Shown: one piece after another, positions 21,019-31,705 of the stretch
How the letters are laid out: the number at the start of each line of letters is the position of its first letter
Position numbering within the stretch: the first letter of the stretch is position 1
DNA from: a virus
Taxonomy: Duplodnaviria > Caudoviricetes
IMG/VR virus record: IMGVR_UViG_2706794911_000004
Coordinates: 32,001 to 96,000 of that record
DNA length: 64,000 nt
Direction: 5' to 3' (one strand)
The notes under the pieces: model-generated
Databases searched by the model: none
The model's input: only the letters and a program-made list of their open reading frames with translations
What the model was told of the DNA's origin: nothing
Program-made: the position numbers and the translations under genes

Positions 21019-21714
21019 TTACTCTCTGACCAATCTTTCTACAAGTTTTTTAGTCCTATTTAGAGTAAGCGTGAACTCAGCTCTTGTCATATAATCATTA
21101 GGTCTAAACAGTAGTACTGGGTCACCATTAGATGATACTACTGAGACTAATCCTAGATTAGCCATATCTCGTATATTGTGCTCCGCCCAGTGTCCTCCTA
21201 TATCGGTGTAACTAAATCTGTCTTTTTTAATGAAGCTATCTTTCTTGATTAAAATTAACGAAACTTCTACAAGATACCTTCGGTTGGCTTCATGTGATAC
21301 AGCCTTTATGTCTTCTACTGTACCTGTATATATTTGCCCTCTTTCATCATAAAACTTATGCGTCCACCCCGCGTAAGACATATACTTTGCATAAGCTTGC
21401 CTACTATTAAAAAGTAGACTAAACGAAGTTTTATACACCGACATACCTGAGTGGTGAATGTGTGATGGCCCGTCTAGTATTCTAAGCTCAGTTACTTTCG
21501 GTATCGGTGTGGGTGGAGAGTAAGGCTCAACAACACGAGCCTCAACTTCCTCGAACTCCGTCCCCACGTCTACAAAAAGTCTTTTCTTATACTGACCATG
21601 TTCATTAGTAGACTCATCATCATTTCTATTTAAAAAAGGTTTTTGTCTTGACATTCTCCGCCGCCCCCTATTGATTAATCGGGTAGTAATTATAACCCAT
21701 GTTCTGCTGAACAT
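21019..21714 (-). CDS. Distal-tail (Dit)-like protein with C-terminal SLH domain
   Basis: Follows tape measure; YTDIGGHWAE...FRPNDYMTRAEF SLH motif. Confidence 0.7.
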   Translation of the reverse strand: MFSRTWVIITTRLINRGRRRMSRQKPFLNRNDDESTNEHGQYKKRLFVDVGTEFEEVEARVVEPYSPPTPIPKVTELRILDGPSHIHHSGMSVYKTSFSLLFNSRQAYAKYMSYAGWTHKFYDERGQIYTGTVEDIKAVSHEANRRYLVEVSLILIKKDSFIKKDRFSYTDIGGHWAEHNIRDMANLGLVSVVSSNGDPVLLFRPNDYMTRAEFTLTLNRTKKLVERLVRE

Positions 21715-24700
21715 TCCTAGCTAAATCATTGGCTATATTTCTCTGTACCATTGATACACCATCCTCTACAGCTCTCTGCACTCTTTTTACATCTTCTTCG
21801 CTACCTGACATGTTGTCTATATTTATATTCACTAGCGTTTCACCGGATTGAACGCTCACATTCCTGTGTGTGTTTCCTCTTGTCATTGCTTCATAATAGG
21901 TTATAGGCTCCATGCCCGATGGTAAGTTAAATGTAGATAGTTGACCTTTGAGTTTCTCATCAATCTCAACAAGCAACCTTGTTTGTTCAGCCTGTAGCTG
22001 TAGAATCTGTAGGTTGATCTTCTCAAGTTGCTCTGGGTTGTCTAGAAATGACTGCTTCAAGTTTTCTAGTTTTGATATAGCTGTGCTAGTTATACCTGCT
22101 TGTTCTTTCGCCATCCTCGCTTCCAGTTGTAGACTTGCTGTTGAACCTGACCTTACCCCCGCTAGTATAGCATTGTTACGCTTAATTTCACCCCTAGCTT
22201 GAGCAAATGATGTTTCTACACCATGTTTCCGCATATACTCATCGAATGCCCCAAACTGGTTTTGCACGGTCTGATACTCAACCTCACCCAGCTTAGATTC
22301 TAGCTCAAGTATTTTCAGACTCATTTCAGTTTCTTGTAAACTACCGGGCACCAGTAATTTGATCTTTTCATTTAGTTCATTTAAAGTACCTGCTATTAAC
22401 TCTGTCTCTAAGTCCAGCTTCCTCTTTAGCATGTTACGTATCTCGGCAGAATCCTCAGCCATACCTTTAGCAAGTAACTTATACCTCTCCCTGTTAAACT
22501 CATAATCAGCTTTAGACATTTCATTCTGTAGCTCACTTATTACATGATTCAGGAACTCCGTAATATCCTCCAAAGGTATCTGTGCTAATCTAGGGTCCCC
22601 CGCCTCAAGTACATTACCCTTCCTATCCGTGAAAGGGTCTATGACCTTCAAGTACTCTTCTTGCATCTCCATCTTAGCCTTACGACTGATAGTTGTGGGG
22701 TCAAGTCCTTTCTTACCTAACTCATCTAATATATACTCCTCTAGTGCTTCGTCTGTTAGACCCATCCGCTTACCGTCGAAAACTGCATCACGAGCCTCTG
22801 AAACTTCTGTCGGCGCACCTGTTAGCTTGCCTAGGTAATACTTAGTATCGCCGTAAAACTCACCTATATCCACACCACTGATAGTTTGAAGTAGGCTAAG
22901 TGGATTATACCAGCTTCTCTCGCTTCTGCTGACACTCTTACTAATATACTTCTCTGTTTTGCCAGCTATTAGACTGTCTATCTCAAAGTTTTTCATGCCT
23001 CTTGCCGCCACAGCTTCCATTCCTACACCAACCAAGTCGAAAGCTGCCATCATTAAGGCTAACTTAGGTATAGCCTTGACTAGAGACATTAAAGCAAATC
23101 CCGCTGTACCAGCATTATCTAAAGGTAGCTGCTTATCTAGTAAGCCTAGTCCGCTCTCCATGTTAGTGTTCAATGGTTTACCTGTCACAGTGTTTTTTCC
23201 AAAAGCGTTTCTAGTAGCATTATCCAACCCCGCTGCATATGTGTTAGCATCTATGTTTCCCTGTCTTAACTGCCTATTTAACGACTCTACATTAACTTGT
23301 AGCTTGTTTATGCCCTCACCACTTACACCAGCACTTTCCCCGAGTAACCTGATCTCTTCCCTAAACTGCTCATTGGTTATTTTACCTTGGTTTAGCTGCC
23401 CAGACAATTCATCTATTGGTGTCATATAGCGTTTTTCAAATTCGTCTAGAGCAAAATCCTCTGTCCTAGGTGTACTTGCTAGTCTATTAAAACCGTAACC
23501 TAGTGACTCTTTTTCGGCAAGGAGCTGGTGCATACTTTTGTTTAATCCTTGTATATTTTTCTCCGTCGCCGCCGCCTGCTCGCCTAACCCCTTCAGTGCA
23601 TTCTCTGGTACACTTTCCATTTTAGTATATATAGCGTTGAGCTTAGTGCTCTCCGCTACTAGTTGCGACGATGTTCTGTTTATCTCTTCATTGAGTATTG
23701 CATCACCTACACCACGTTCACCAGCCAAAGCACTTCGTTTTCTTGCTTCGTCGTCTAGTGTAAACCCTGACCCTAAGTGAGCAAGAGACACTTCATTTTC
23801 CCTACGCCGCAAAAGTAGCCTAGACTGTTGAGATGCTACAGCCTGCTCCTGCTTTGCTAGCATTTCCCTCTCTGCAACTATTCTCTGATACTCATGCGTG
23901 TCACCAAGACCATTTGTGCTTAGCTCTGCTTCTCTAACACCAAGTGCAGTATACTCTTTGTTGTAGTAATTTCTACGGACTTCTAGATCACGAACATCTT
24001 GTTCAATGCTAGTGTTTTCATTAGTGAGGTGTTGCATGTAGGGTAAGTTTTTTTCATATATTTCTTTCTTATACTTCACATTCATGGCATTTTTAAACTT
24101 ACCCCGAGCTACTTGGGCTACTAACGCCGCCCCAACTTTTGCAAAAGTTCTTATCACCTCTGCCGCTTCGTGTCCATTCTCCTCAAATTTTCTTAAAATA
24201 GCAGTCAGATAAGTTGAGGCATTACTGAAATCGCTTTTTAAGTCACTGAATATTTCAAAAGAAGTTATCTCCCACTGACTCTGTAACCCTTGCGTGGTAA
24301 GTTTAAATGTATCCTGAAGCCCTGCTATATACCCAGATATTTCTTCGTCTGTAACACTCATTATATTATCTACGTATGCCTCTAAAGTCTCTTTAAAAGA
24401 GAAATCAGCAACTGTTTTAGTAGGGTCTAGTGCACCTGTAGCCTGTAATCTTTCCACAGTAAGGTTTAAATCCTCTTGCATATCCTCTATCATTGTAGAC
24501 AATGCCTCTGCTGTGGCACCGTGTCTCCTAGGGAACATATCTTGCATTAAGCTTAGCCTAGAAGGGTCGTCTATTCTTCTAGTTGTCTCTACTATGTCTG
24601 AGAACACTTCTAAGAAGTCTTTCTGCTTCTTAACCCCGTCCTCCATATAGTATGGGTTTAGATTTTCAAACCCTTTGACACCTGAAAGATTTTCTAGCTG

Positions 24701-27172
24701 TGACAACTCGTCACCTGTAAAGGGTCTTTGTAGTATTGCTCTCCAGAAAGTTCCACCCTCCTTACCTGTTCTACCTGTTGATTGTACAAATAGTGAGGAT
24801 AAAGCCATTGATGTAGCATATGCTCTTTCATCATCCATGCCTGGTAAAACACCCCTAAAAGCCGCACCAGACAACTGTTGTGTTGAGATTAAATCCTTGA
24901 CAGTAGTATTGGATAGCATAGCAGTTTTTAACATCATGTTACTGTATCTATCCATGTCATACATGCTGACTCCCCACTGCGCTGATATAGATTCAAGACC
25001 TTTTGCCGCTGTTTCTATACCTATGTCTTCCTCCGCAGCATATATTTTTGCAACTTCTCTAGTCATTGCTAGTGCTTCGTATGGGTCTGTAGCTCTACGT
25101 GATGCTATATGGTAAGCCCTACCCATATCACTTAATGACCTTGTATATGCTTTAGATATTGCTTGTATGTGTTTGTCTACGCCGCCATTCATATACCTTT
25201 GTAGACTCTTCGATTCTGTTGTAACTCTGTCATCGAAATCTGTACCTGATGTAGAAAGTCCTGTTGAAACAGAATCCTCGTAGACTCTTTTAGTCGCCAC
25301 ACCACTCATGGTAGGGTCTTTTATTAAGATATTCTGTTTAGCTTTAGCCATCTCATAGTCATAATCTGACGTAGACCTAGCACCTGTATAAATAGCTCTG
25401 GTAGGGGCACCTATCACAGCACCTGCTGTAATGTAACGCATAGTGTTCATTATAGAGCCTAAAAAACTTCTAGTACTTAAATCTGTACCGAACCTAGGTG
25501 TTGCTATACCCCTGCCACTAGTGACTGCACTACTGCCAAACGAACTTGTAGCACCTGCACCAATAGACTCGTATCCCCTAGGTACCGAAGGTCTAGCAAA
25601 AGACCTAGTAAAGTCCTGTGGTGGCTTGTACCCCAGGCTAACTGCATCTAGCTTAATACCCTTAATCTCTGCTGTTAGTGCATCAAACTGCTTCTTTATC
25701 ATGGCTCTTGTTACCTTAACTATGGTAGCTTGTAGCTTTTCCATTTCTTGCTTAGTATAACTTACAACGGACACGTCCGGTCCAACCTCTACTTTAGCTG
25801 TGGACTTTTTAAAATCTTCTAGATAGCTCTTTATACTTTTGTGAGTCAAATCCTGTATACTTTGCTGAATAACCTTTAAATTTTCTCTTAATACTACACT
25901 TTTAAACTCGCTACCTTCTAGTTTAGGGAAGGCTTGAGTAAACTCTCTTACACTAGCATCCATAGATGCAGCTATTGACTTCTTAACATCCTTGTGTAAA
26001 TCCTTGGTCTTAACACTAAACATGTTAGGGTCAAAACTTGATAACTGCCCCGCCACCTCATTAGCTTTATTGGTAATGTGTTTATTAAGTGCTGTGTCTA
26101 TCTTAGACGCCACTTTCTGCACACCTTCGGAGGACATTTCTGACTGCGTTGCCTCTTTTAGAGTAGTGGCATACCTACCAACTATATCCTTCAATGCCTT
26201 ATCTATAGGTACTTGTAGTGATTTTGCCACCTGTTTTACTCTATTCTCGTCTACGTCTGCAAGCCCTACACCACTTTTTGTTAGTGTCTGCTCAACAGAA
26301 GTAACTACACTCTGTACAAGAGCGTTTATGTCAACCTTAGCCGCCACTGTGTAATCAACTGTAGTCTGTCTAAGTGCCTCAGCTATCCTTTCCTCCACCA
26401 TACGCATTATATAATCAAGTTGCACTTGACCTATATTAATAGGTGTTGGCGTACCCATTTTAAGATTATTGGGGTCTGCTAGGTAGTTACCTATGTGAGC
26501 ACCCAGTGATGTCATCACCTTCTGCATGTTTTCGTCTGAAATCTTCATAGGTGCCATCTGTCTTGGAACCATCTTACCTGTTTTATCTTTTGTGTAGAAG
26601 TCAAACAATTTATCGTCGTTTATAAGCACATCCACATAATCTTTGAACTTATTCATAAACTGTCCTGTAACATTTCGCATATCAAACTCAGGCACTTTAC
26701 CTGACTTACCTGTAAGTTTAACGTTATCTAGCGACTTACTAACTACTTGTTTAAATAATTGTTTATTCTTAGTCCAGAAATTTTCAGGCATGTTTACTTC
26801 TAGTTTTTGGCTAACTTCGGCCCCGCCCTTGTCTACAAGAATAACATCTGCTTTATCAAGATACTTCATTATCTTGTTAGAGAGAGACTTACTAAAATTA
26901 GTGCTATCTAATGCAAGCGTAGAATCAGACAAGGATTGTAGCTGTTTCTTTAGCTGTTCAGTTCCCACATTACCTACGCTACCTAGTTCACGCTTAAACT
27001 CTCTGAGTAATTCAACTGTTGCGTAAGCACTAGTTGACAAGTTCTCAAAGTCCTTAGACATATCTGTAAACTTTTTCTGACCAGTAAGATTCATTTGTAT
27101 TTGAGTTTTTAAAGAATGTGTTTTATCCCCTGCCACAATATCACCTCCAGTATGTAACAATAGCCCGCCCAC
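21668..27172 (-). CDS. Tail tape measure protein
   Basis: 1834 aa, helical, TGRTGKEGGTFWR TMP-like core, follows chaperones. Confidence 0.85.
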   Translation of the reverse strand: MGGLLLHTGGDIVAGDKTHSLKTQIQMNLTGQKKFTDMSKDFENLSTSAYATVELLREFKRELGSVGNVGTEQLKKQLQSLSDSTLALDSTNFSKSLSNKIMKYLDKADVILVDKGGAEVSQKLEVNMPENFWTKNKQLFKQVVSKSLDNVKLTGKSGKVPEFDMRNVTGQFMNKFKDYVDVLINDDKLFDFYTKDKTGKMVPRQMAPMKISDENMQKVMTSLGAHIGNYLADPNNLKMGTPTPINIGQVQLDYIMRMVEERIAEALRQTTVDYTVAAKVDINALVQSVVTSVEQTLTKSGVGLADVDENRVKQVAKSLQVPIDKALKDIVGRYATTLKEATQSEMSSEGVQKVASKIDTALNKHITNKANEVAGQLSSFDPNMFSVKTKDLHKDVKKSIAASMDASVREFTQAFPKLEGSEFKSVVLRENLKVIQQSIQDLTHKSIKSYLEDFKKSTAKVEVGPDVSVVSYTKQEMEKLQATIVKVTRAMIKKQFDALTAEIKGIKLDAVSLGYKPPQDFTRSFARPSVPRGYESIGAGATSSFGSSAVTSGRGIATPRFGTDLSTRSFLGSIMNTMRYITAGAVIGAPTRAIYTGARSTSDYDYEMAKAKQNILIKDPTMSGVATKRVYEDSVSTGLSTSGTDFDDRVTTESKSLQRYMNGGVDKHIQAISKAYTRSLSDMGRAYHIASRRATDPYEALAMTREVAKIYAAEEDIGIETAAKGLESISAQWGVSMYDMDRYSNMMLKTAMLSNTTVKDLISTQQLSGAAFRGVLPGMDDERAYATSMALSSLFVQSTGRTGKEGGTFWRAILQRPFTGDELSQLENLSGVKGFENLNPYYMEDGVKKQKDFLEVFSDIVETTRRIDDPSRLSLMQDMFPRRHGATAEALSTMIEDMQEDLNLTVERLQATGALDPTKTVADFSFKETLEAYVDNIMSVTDEEISGYIAGLQDTFKLTTQGLQSQWEITSFEIFSDLKSDFSNASTYLTAILRKFEENGHEAAEVIRTFAKVGAALVAQVARGKFKNAMNVKYKKEIYEKNLPYMQHLTNENTSIEQDVRDLEVRRNYYNKEYTALGVREAELSTNGLGDTHEYQRIVAEREMLAKQEQAVASQQSRLLLRRRENEVSLAHLGSGFTLDDEARKRSALAGERGVGDAILNEEINRTSSQLVAESTKLNAIYTKMESVPENALKGLGEQAAATEKNIQGLNKSMHQLLAEKESLGYGFNRLASTPRTEDFALDEFEKRYMTPIDELSGQLNQGKITNEQFREEIRLLGESAGVSGEGINKLQVNVESLNRQLRQGNIDANTYAAGLDNATRNAFGKNTVTGKPLNTNMESGLGLLDKQLPLDNAGTAGFALMSLVKAIPKLALMMAAFDLVGVGMEAVAARGMKNFEIDSLIAGKTEKYISKSVSRSERSWYNPLSLLQTISGVDIGEFYGDTKYYLGKLTGAPTEVSEARDAVFDGKRMGLTDEALEEYILDELGKKGLDPTTISRKAKMEMQEEYLKVIDPFTDRKGNVLEAGDPRLAQIPLEDITEFLNHVISELQNEMSKADYEFNRERYKLLAKGMAEDSAEIRNMLKRKLDLETELIAGTLNELNEKIKLLVPGSLQETEMSLKILELESKLGEVEYQTVQNQFGAFDEYMRKHGVETSFAQARGEIKRNNAILAGVRSGSTASLQLEARMAKEQAGITSTAISKLENLKQSFLDNPEQLEKINLQILQLQAEQTRLLVEIDEKLKGQLSTFNLPSGMEPITYYEAMTRGNTHRNVSVQSGETLVNINIDNMSGSEEDVKRVQRAVEDGVSMVQRNIANDLARNVQQNMGYNYYPINQ

Positions 27173-27192
27173 CTAATAGTAGGCAGAGCAGG

Positions 27193-27962
27193 CTAAAATC
27201 CACCAAGAAAACTTTCTAGCATTCTTATATCTTCTTCGGTAGCTACTTCATAACCACCTTCAGTAGTTGATTGGTCACTAGTACCATCAGACGCACCTTG
27301 TGCCCCGCCAAATAAGGACATTGGGCCCATTCGGGTAGAGACTTCAAACTGTATGTGCTTGTTAGTTTGTTTCATTAACTCAGCTATCTGCGGCAGGGTA
27401 TACTCCCATATCTTCCACTTGTCTAAGTTACAATACCTGTGGAGCCTAAAGAATATCTCACCCCAATGCAATGGTTTCTGCTCTTCAACATCCACTATAC
27501 CTGTTTCGTTTTCCGCCCCACCAACCTCTACTTTTTTGTTACTATACCGTTAATATTTAGTATTACCTCAACTATCTCTTGTGCAATAGCTAGGTCTACG
27601 TACTTGTCAAGATAATCAGCATCCACATGCTGGTAGTTTCTAAATGCTATGAGAAGTAATTCATATAGATTATCTAAATCTGGATCATTTCCCTTCTCAT
27701 CAGGGAGAAAGTTTGCCAATATAACATCAAGATTAACTACTTTAACTAAACGCATAATACGCCTAGCATCCCCAAGTGTACTTGGATGTACACGGTAAAA
27801 TTTACCATCACGCAGCCTTATTTTTGCATCATCCTCAAAAAATATTGTCTCCATCCTATCAGCCTCTGCCTGTGTAAGTACTTCTTCCTTTACTTTTGCT
27901 ACTGCTTCCTTGTTTATCTTCTCTGAATGCTCTTTCTCTAACTGTGCCTTAGTTTTTTCCAT
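27193..27962 (-). CDS. Tail assembly chaperones G (27528..27962) and GT via -1 frameshift into 27193..27495
   Basis: Slippery A-AAA-AAG at 27531-27537 just before TAG; the -1 frame reads VEVGGAENETGIVDVEEQKPLHW into the downstream ORF. Confidence 0.8.
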
Positions 27963-28062
27963 TACATAAACCTCCCCGTTTATATCTCCCCTGTATTAAA
28001 ATGGTAAGGGAATATAGGTCGGGGAGATGTTACCTATATCCTTAATCCTTACCAAAACTTAT

Positions 28063-28866
28063 CTAGTCGTTAAGCACACCACACGTGGTACCAGACCTGA
28101 TGTCAGTGAATCGCTTGATAGTACCTAGTTTTTTACCTATTGTAGGCTGGATAACCTGCAACTCAACGGCAGAAGTACTTGCTGTAGCCCTCTGTGCGTC
28201 TATAGAGAAAGCACCCTTAGCTTGGCAAGTGTATAACTCTGTTTCAACTCCTTGGAAGGTACCATCCTTCTGCTGGAAGGAGCCATGGTGTATGATGTGT
28301 ACAGGGAAAGGAACCTCGTCTGCCATAATGTCAGTCCATGTTGCATCTGTAACCTGTCGCTTGTATGCTACATACACTTGTTTACCTACTAAAGCAGATA
28401 GACCTGCTCCTGTTATCGCAGAGCCACCAACACCTGTAAAAGCACCTGCAATAACTAAGTTTGACTCAGCAGAACGTACTGAGATATCTACATCATTACC
28501 TGATACAATATGCTCAACGGCAATAGTAGGTGTACCAGAAACGTCCTCTACAGTGGCTAGCTCATTAAGCACCCATATGTTAGTAGTACCTTTCTCTAAA
28601 GTAGAACCCATCATTAAGGATACAGCGTTTAGGTCGAAACTGGCATCTGTACCTACTATCTCAATACCTTTTCTAGTAACTATGGTATCTATTGCAAACA
28701 AGCCGTCACCACCAAATATCTCGTCTACATCAACACTCATTGTAATACGTAAGTCCTGTAATGTACCTAGGGTTAGCAACTCCGGACTACCATCGGCACA
28801 GATTCGCTTAGCCAGCATTGTTCCGACACCTTTTATAATCATTTTTTTATTAGCCAAAAAATTCAA
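28063..28866 (-). CDS. Major tail (tube) protein
   Basis: Position before chaperones and TMP; IIKGVG...LGTLQDLRI...EIFGGDG motif. Confidence 0.75.
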   Translation of the reverse strand: MNFLANKKMIIKGVGTMLAKRICADGSPELLTLGTLQDLRITMSVDVDEIFGGDGLFAIDTIVTRKGIEIVGTDASFDLNAVSLMMGSTLEKGTTNIWVLNELATVEDVSGTPTIAVEHIVSGNDVDISVRSAESNLVIAGAFTGVGGSAITGAGLSALVGKQVYVAYKRQVTDATWTDIMADEVPFPVHIIHHGSFQQKDGTFQGVETELYTCQAKGAFSIDAQRATASTSAVELQVIQPTIGKKLGTIKRFTDIRSGTTCGVLND

Positions 28867-28887
28867 CTCCTTTCTGATTGTTACAAC

Positions 28888-29097
28888 TTACTTGCTATCT
28901 TTATACCAATCACCTTTCTCTGGGTTTGATATCACACCCGCCATAGCCAGGGTGGCTAGTAGAGCGTCTACTATAGTCTGGTAGCTTTCTGTGTCAAGTC
29001 CAATGGTTTCATATAAACCGTAGTTGCCTAACAATAAACCTACAAGTGAAAAGATAGAAACCCATAATCCATAATTACGATACTTCAATTTACTCAT
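28888..29097 (-). CDS. Holin
   Basis: 69 aa, two hydrophobic helices, GVISNP C-terminal motif, next to endolysin. Confidence 0.75.
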   Translation of the reverse strand: MSKLKYRNYGLWVSIFSLVGLLLGNYGLYETIGLDTESYQTIVDALLATLAMAGVISNPEKGDWYKDSK

Positions 29098-29186
29098 CCC
29101 CTTTCAAGTCTCTGTGTATCTTTGCCATGATTGTCATTGTCGTACACACAAGGCTAGCATCATCCATATTAGCCAGCCACCCATCA

Positions 29187-29825
29187 TTATTTTTTCACCT
29201 TCCTATCATAATCATATAGCATTTGCCACACTTGTTCCCTTGTGACACTATCTTTCGGCTTAGTTCCATCACTTACGCCATTTTCCTTTACCCATGATTG
29301 TGCAAGTTTCGCCCAGTTTGATACTTCATCCAGCACCTTCTCTGGTTCCTTAACTACACTCAATTTTAACAACTCCTTTTGAATATCCGCTGTAAACTGA
29401 TCCCATCTAGGTAAAATTAATCGTGGGCAATTTTTACTACTCCATGACTTATGTGTGCATACTTTGTCTACAGCCCACCCTCGTTCATACAGCATCTTGG
29501 CAATTAATTTTACTGCGTTATCCCACACTACTTCCTGGTTCCCGCTCTCGCACAGCTCTATACCCAATGATGTACGGTTTCCGACTGCTTTACCTGCGTG
29601 ATACGCAACTTCTGTGAGCGGTATGCACTCGATAGCCTCATTTTCATCTACCACTATATGGAAGGACGCATTTCTGATATTTTCGGTGTTAGTAAGCCAA
29701 CCTCGTTCGTTTTTCGCAGTGGAGGATGTGTTAGCAGTATTGTGAACTGTTATAGAAGTAGGAACTAGGGTAGTTCCTGGTCTTTTCCCTTTGCTTATAG
29801 GGATATGGTCTACTGTATAGATCAC
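29187..29825 (-). CDS. Endolysin, N-acetylmuramoyl-L-alanine amidase (Amidase_2) with C-terminal SLH-like segment
   Basis: ITVHNTAN, SFHIVVD, EVAYHAG, GIELC, HK.W..KNCP motifs; start reassigned to GTG 29825 after GGAGG. Confidence 0.9.
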   Translation of the reverse strand: MIYTVDHIPISKGKRPGTTLVPTSITVHNTANTSSTAKNERGWLTNTENIRNASFHIVVDENEAIECIPLTEVAYHAGKAVGNRTSLGIELCESGNQEVVWDNAVKLIAKMLYERGWAVDKVCTHKSWSSKNCPRLILPRWDQFTADIQKELLKLSVVKEPEKVLDEVSNWAKLAQSWVKENGVSDGTKPKDSVTREQVWQMLYDYDRKVKK

Positions 29826-30100
29826 TATAAACCACCTCCAATCAAGAAGTATGACATACAGGCAGTTAGGAAGGTTGTTACAGCACAAGCTATAGCAGTA
29901 GTTACCACAGTATTCCACCGCTGCTCGGGTAATGACTGTAACTTAGTTACTTGTGCTTGTAGTTGTATCATGCTTTGTGACATTGACTCTACCGTAGTAC
30001 GTACTACAGCAACATCTGTACGTATGTCACTCAAGCTCTCCGCCTGCCTATACACTCTTTTTTCTAATTGCTCCACTCGATTTTCTAATCCTTCACTCAC
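29825..30100 (-). CDS. XhlA-like lysis membrane protein
   Basis: Coiled coil plus C-terminal TM helix directly upstream of the amidase. Confidence 0.6.
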   Translation of the reverse strand: MSEGLENRVEQLEKRVYRQAESLSDIRTDVAVVRTTVESMSQSMIQLQAQVTKLQSLPEQRWNTVVTTAIACAVTTFLTACMSYFLIGGGL

Positions 30101-30131
30101 TACGACCTCCCCCTCTAAAATATATTCAGCA

Positions 30132-30380
30132 TCATACTTTGATTTCGTTGCTGTTTGTTAAGACAGTTGGTCGAGTACTTGTATTAGTACTCGCAGTACT
30201 TAAATGGGGTCGGTCACTTCTGAAAAATAAATAGGTGATAGATACTACAGTCAGTGTAAAGGCTAGTGAAAAAGCAATTACAGCTATTATCACAGCCTCA
30301 GCAAGTCTTTGATTAGTCCTATCTAATTTATCCAGAACATCTTTGTAAAGTTTTAAGTCGTTATCACCCACGACTACCAC
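30132..30380 (-). CDS. Small membrane protein
   Basis: One long TM helix, adjacent to lysis genes. Confidence 0.5.
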   Translation of the reverse strand: MVVVGDNDLKLYKDVLDKLDRTNQRLAEAVIIAVIAFSLAFTLTVVSITYLFFRSDRPHLSTASTNTSTRPTVLTNSNEIKV

Positions 30381-30386
30381 CCCTCT

Positions 30387-30842
30387 CTAAACTGTGACAG
30401 AAAACTCTATGACAGTAGTGAAGCAGTACACATTATTCTGGTCTACGCTACTCTCATATGCAGTTAAAAATTTTGTTTCATAGCTCTCTAAACCACACAT
30501 AATAGGAAACTTGTTATTGAAAAGCTCAACTAAAGAAGACGATATATTGTGTGCTAAGTCTACGTTATCTGTAGTATAAACATCGAACACAACTGGTGTA
30601 GAATAAACCAAATAGTTATCCGTATCTATCCGTCCCCCTGGTGGGGTATAGAAAGTAATCAAAGGGATATACTCAGTTAAATTCTGAGGCTTTGACCTTT
30701 TCTGAATCTTTCTTGCCTTAAGCAGGAGTAACTCCTCTTCGAGTAGACTACTATCTATCTGTAAATAGTTTAGTACAGCTTCTGAATTTGATAACATCCG
30801 ATACACATTATTATATAAATTTGTTACTATCATGCCGCCCAC
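30387..30842 (-). CDS. Tail terminator-like protein
   Basis: Synteny; PLITFY...VVFDVYT fold pattern. Confidence 0.6.
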   Translation of the reverse strand: MGGMIVTNLYNNVYRMLSNSEAVLNYLQIDSSLLEEELLLLKARKIQKRSKPQNLTEYIPLITFYTPPGGRIDTDNYLVYSTPVVFDVYTTDNVDLAHNISSSLVELFNNKFPIMCGLESYETKFLTAYESSVDQNNVYCFTTVIEFSVTV

Positions 30843-31700
30843 CTACACTTTCAAAGTATTGGTGTAAATGTAATCCGTAATATCTACGTCGTTTATATGC
30901 TTTAGGTAGATGTCTACAACCTGGTCCCTAACTTCTTCAACAGACTTCTCAAACCATCTATAGGCTTGCACATCCTCACCAATATATGTTCTAAAGTTAG
31001 ACACCATCTCAGCATACTTATCTGGAGCTATTTTGGTACCGTCTTTCTTACTTGGAGGGTCTGTGCCGCCAACCCCACCAATTGCAGAACCAGTCTCTCG
31101 GATATTTCCTCCAAAGTCTTTCCACTGACCATCTTTCTTGCTCCTACTCACAATAGAGGAACCTACACTAGCAATACGATAAGGGTTGGGATCACCAAGA
31201 CTACGTGTAAAGCCATATTGACTGTATAGGGAAGCATCTGAGTACTCCCCTGTACCTATCTCGTAGTACCACCCAATATGTGAGTCCTTAAAATTATTCT
31301 CCATTGCCTTTACCTGTGTTTCAAGCACATCATCTGACTTCCATTTAAGGTAGTCTACAGCTATGGAACTTGCTAGTGCAGCAGCTCTCTCCGCGTCAGA
31401 TGTCTCTAGCCCGCCAGCCAGTTTAACAGTATTAAACTTAAGAGGTAGTGAGTTAACATTCCTTTTAATAACATCTTGAAGCAGATCCCTTATTTCCTTT
31501 GTAGCAGCTTTTAATGCTTGCCTAAGGTCATTTACGTATTTAACACTGTCGAACCTTAGTAACTGGTTGCCGTGTCTGGGTACTGCTTTAGTTGGTTTAA
31601 AATCTACATTGGCAGATCTAAAGTTGCTATAACTTTGTTTGGCACTACTTCTGTATCCGCTATACCCTCTCTTTGCTCCGCCCATACTTCTTATTGCCAC
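30843..31700 (-). CDS. Tail completion/neck protein (HK97 gp10-like)
   Basis: YYEIGTG motif; neck-module position. Confidence 0.55.
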   Translation of the reverse strand: MAIRSMGGAKRGYSGYRSSAKQSYSNFRSANVDFKPTKAVPRHGNQLLRFDSVKYVNDLRQALKAATKEIRDLLQDVIKRNVNSLPLKFNTVKLAGGLETSDAERAAALASSIAVDYLKWKSDDVLETQVKAMENNFKDSHIGWYYEIGTGEYSDASLYSQYGFTRSLGDPNPYRIASVGSSIVSRSKKDGQWKDFGGNIRETGSAIGGVGGTDPPSKKDGTKIAPDKYAEMVSNFRTYIGEDVQAYRWFEKSVEEVRDQVVDIYLKHINDVDITDYIYTNTLKV

Positions 31701-31705
31701 TATAA

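Noticed and set aside
28085-28984. 299-aa plus-strand ORF and other antisense ORFs over structural genes
   Set aside because: Shadow frames of well-supported minus-strand genes; no RBS or motifs
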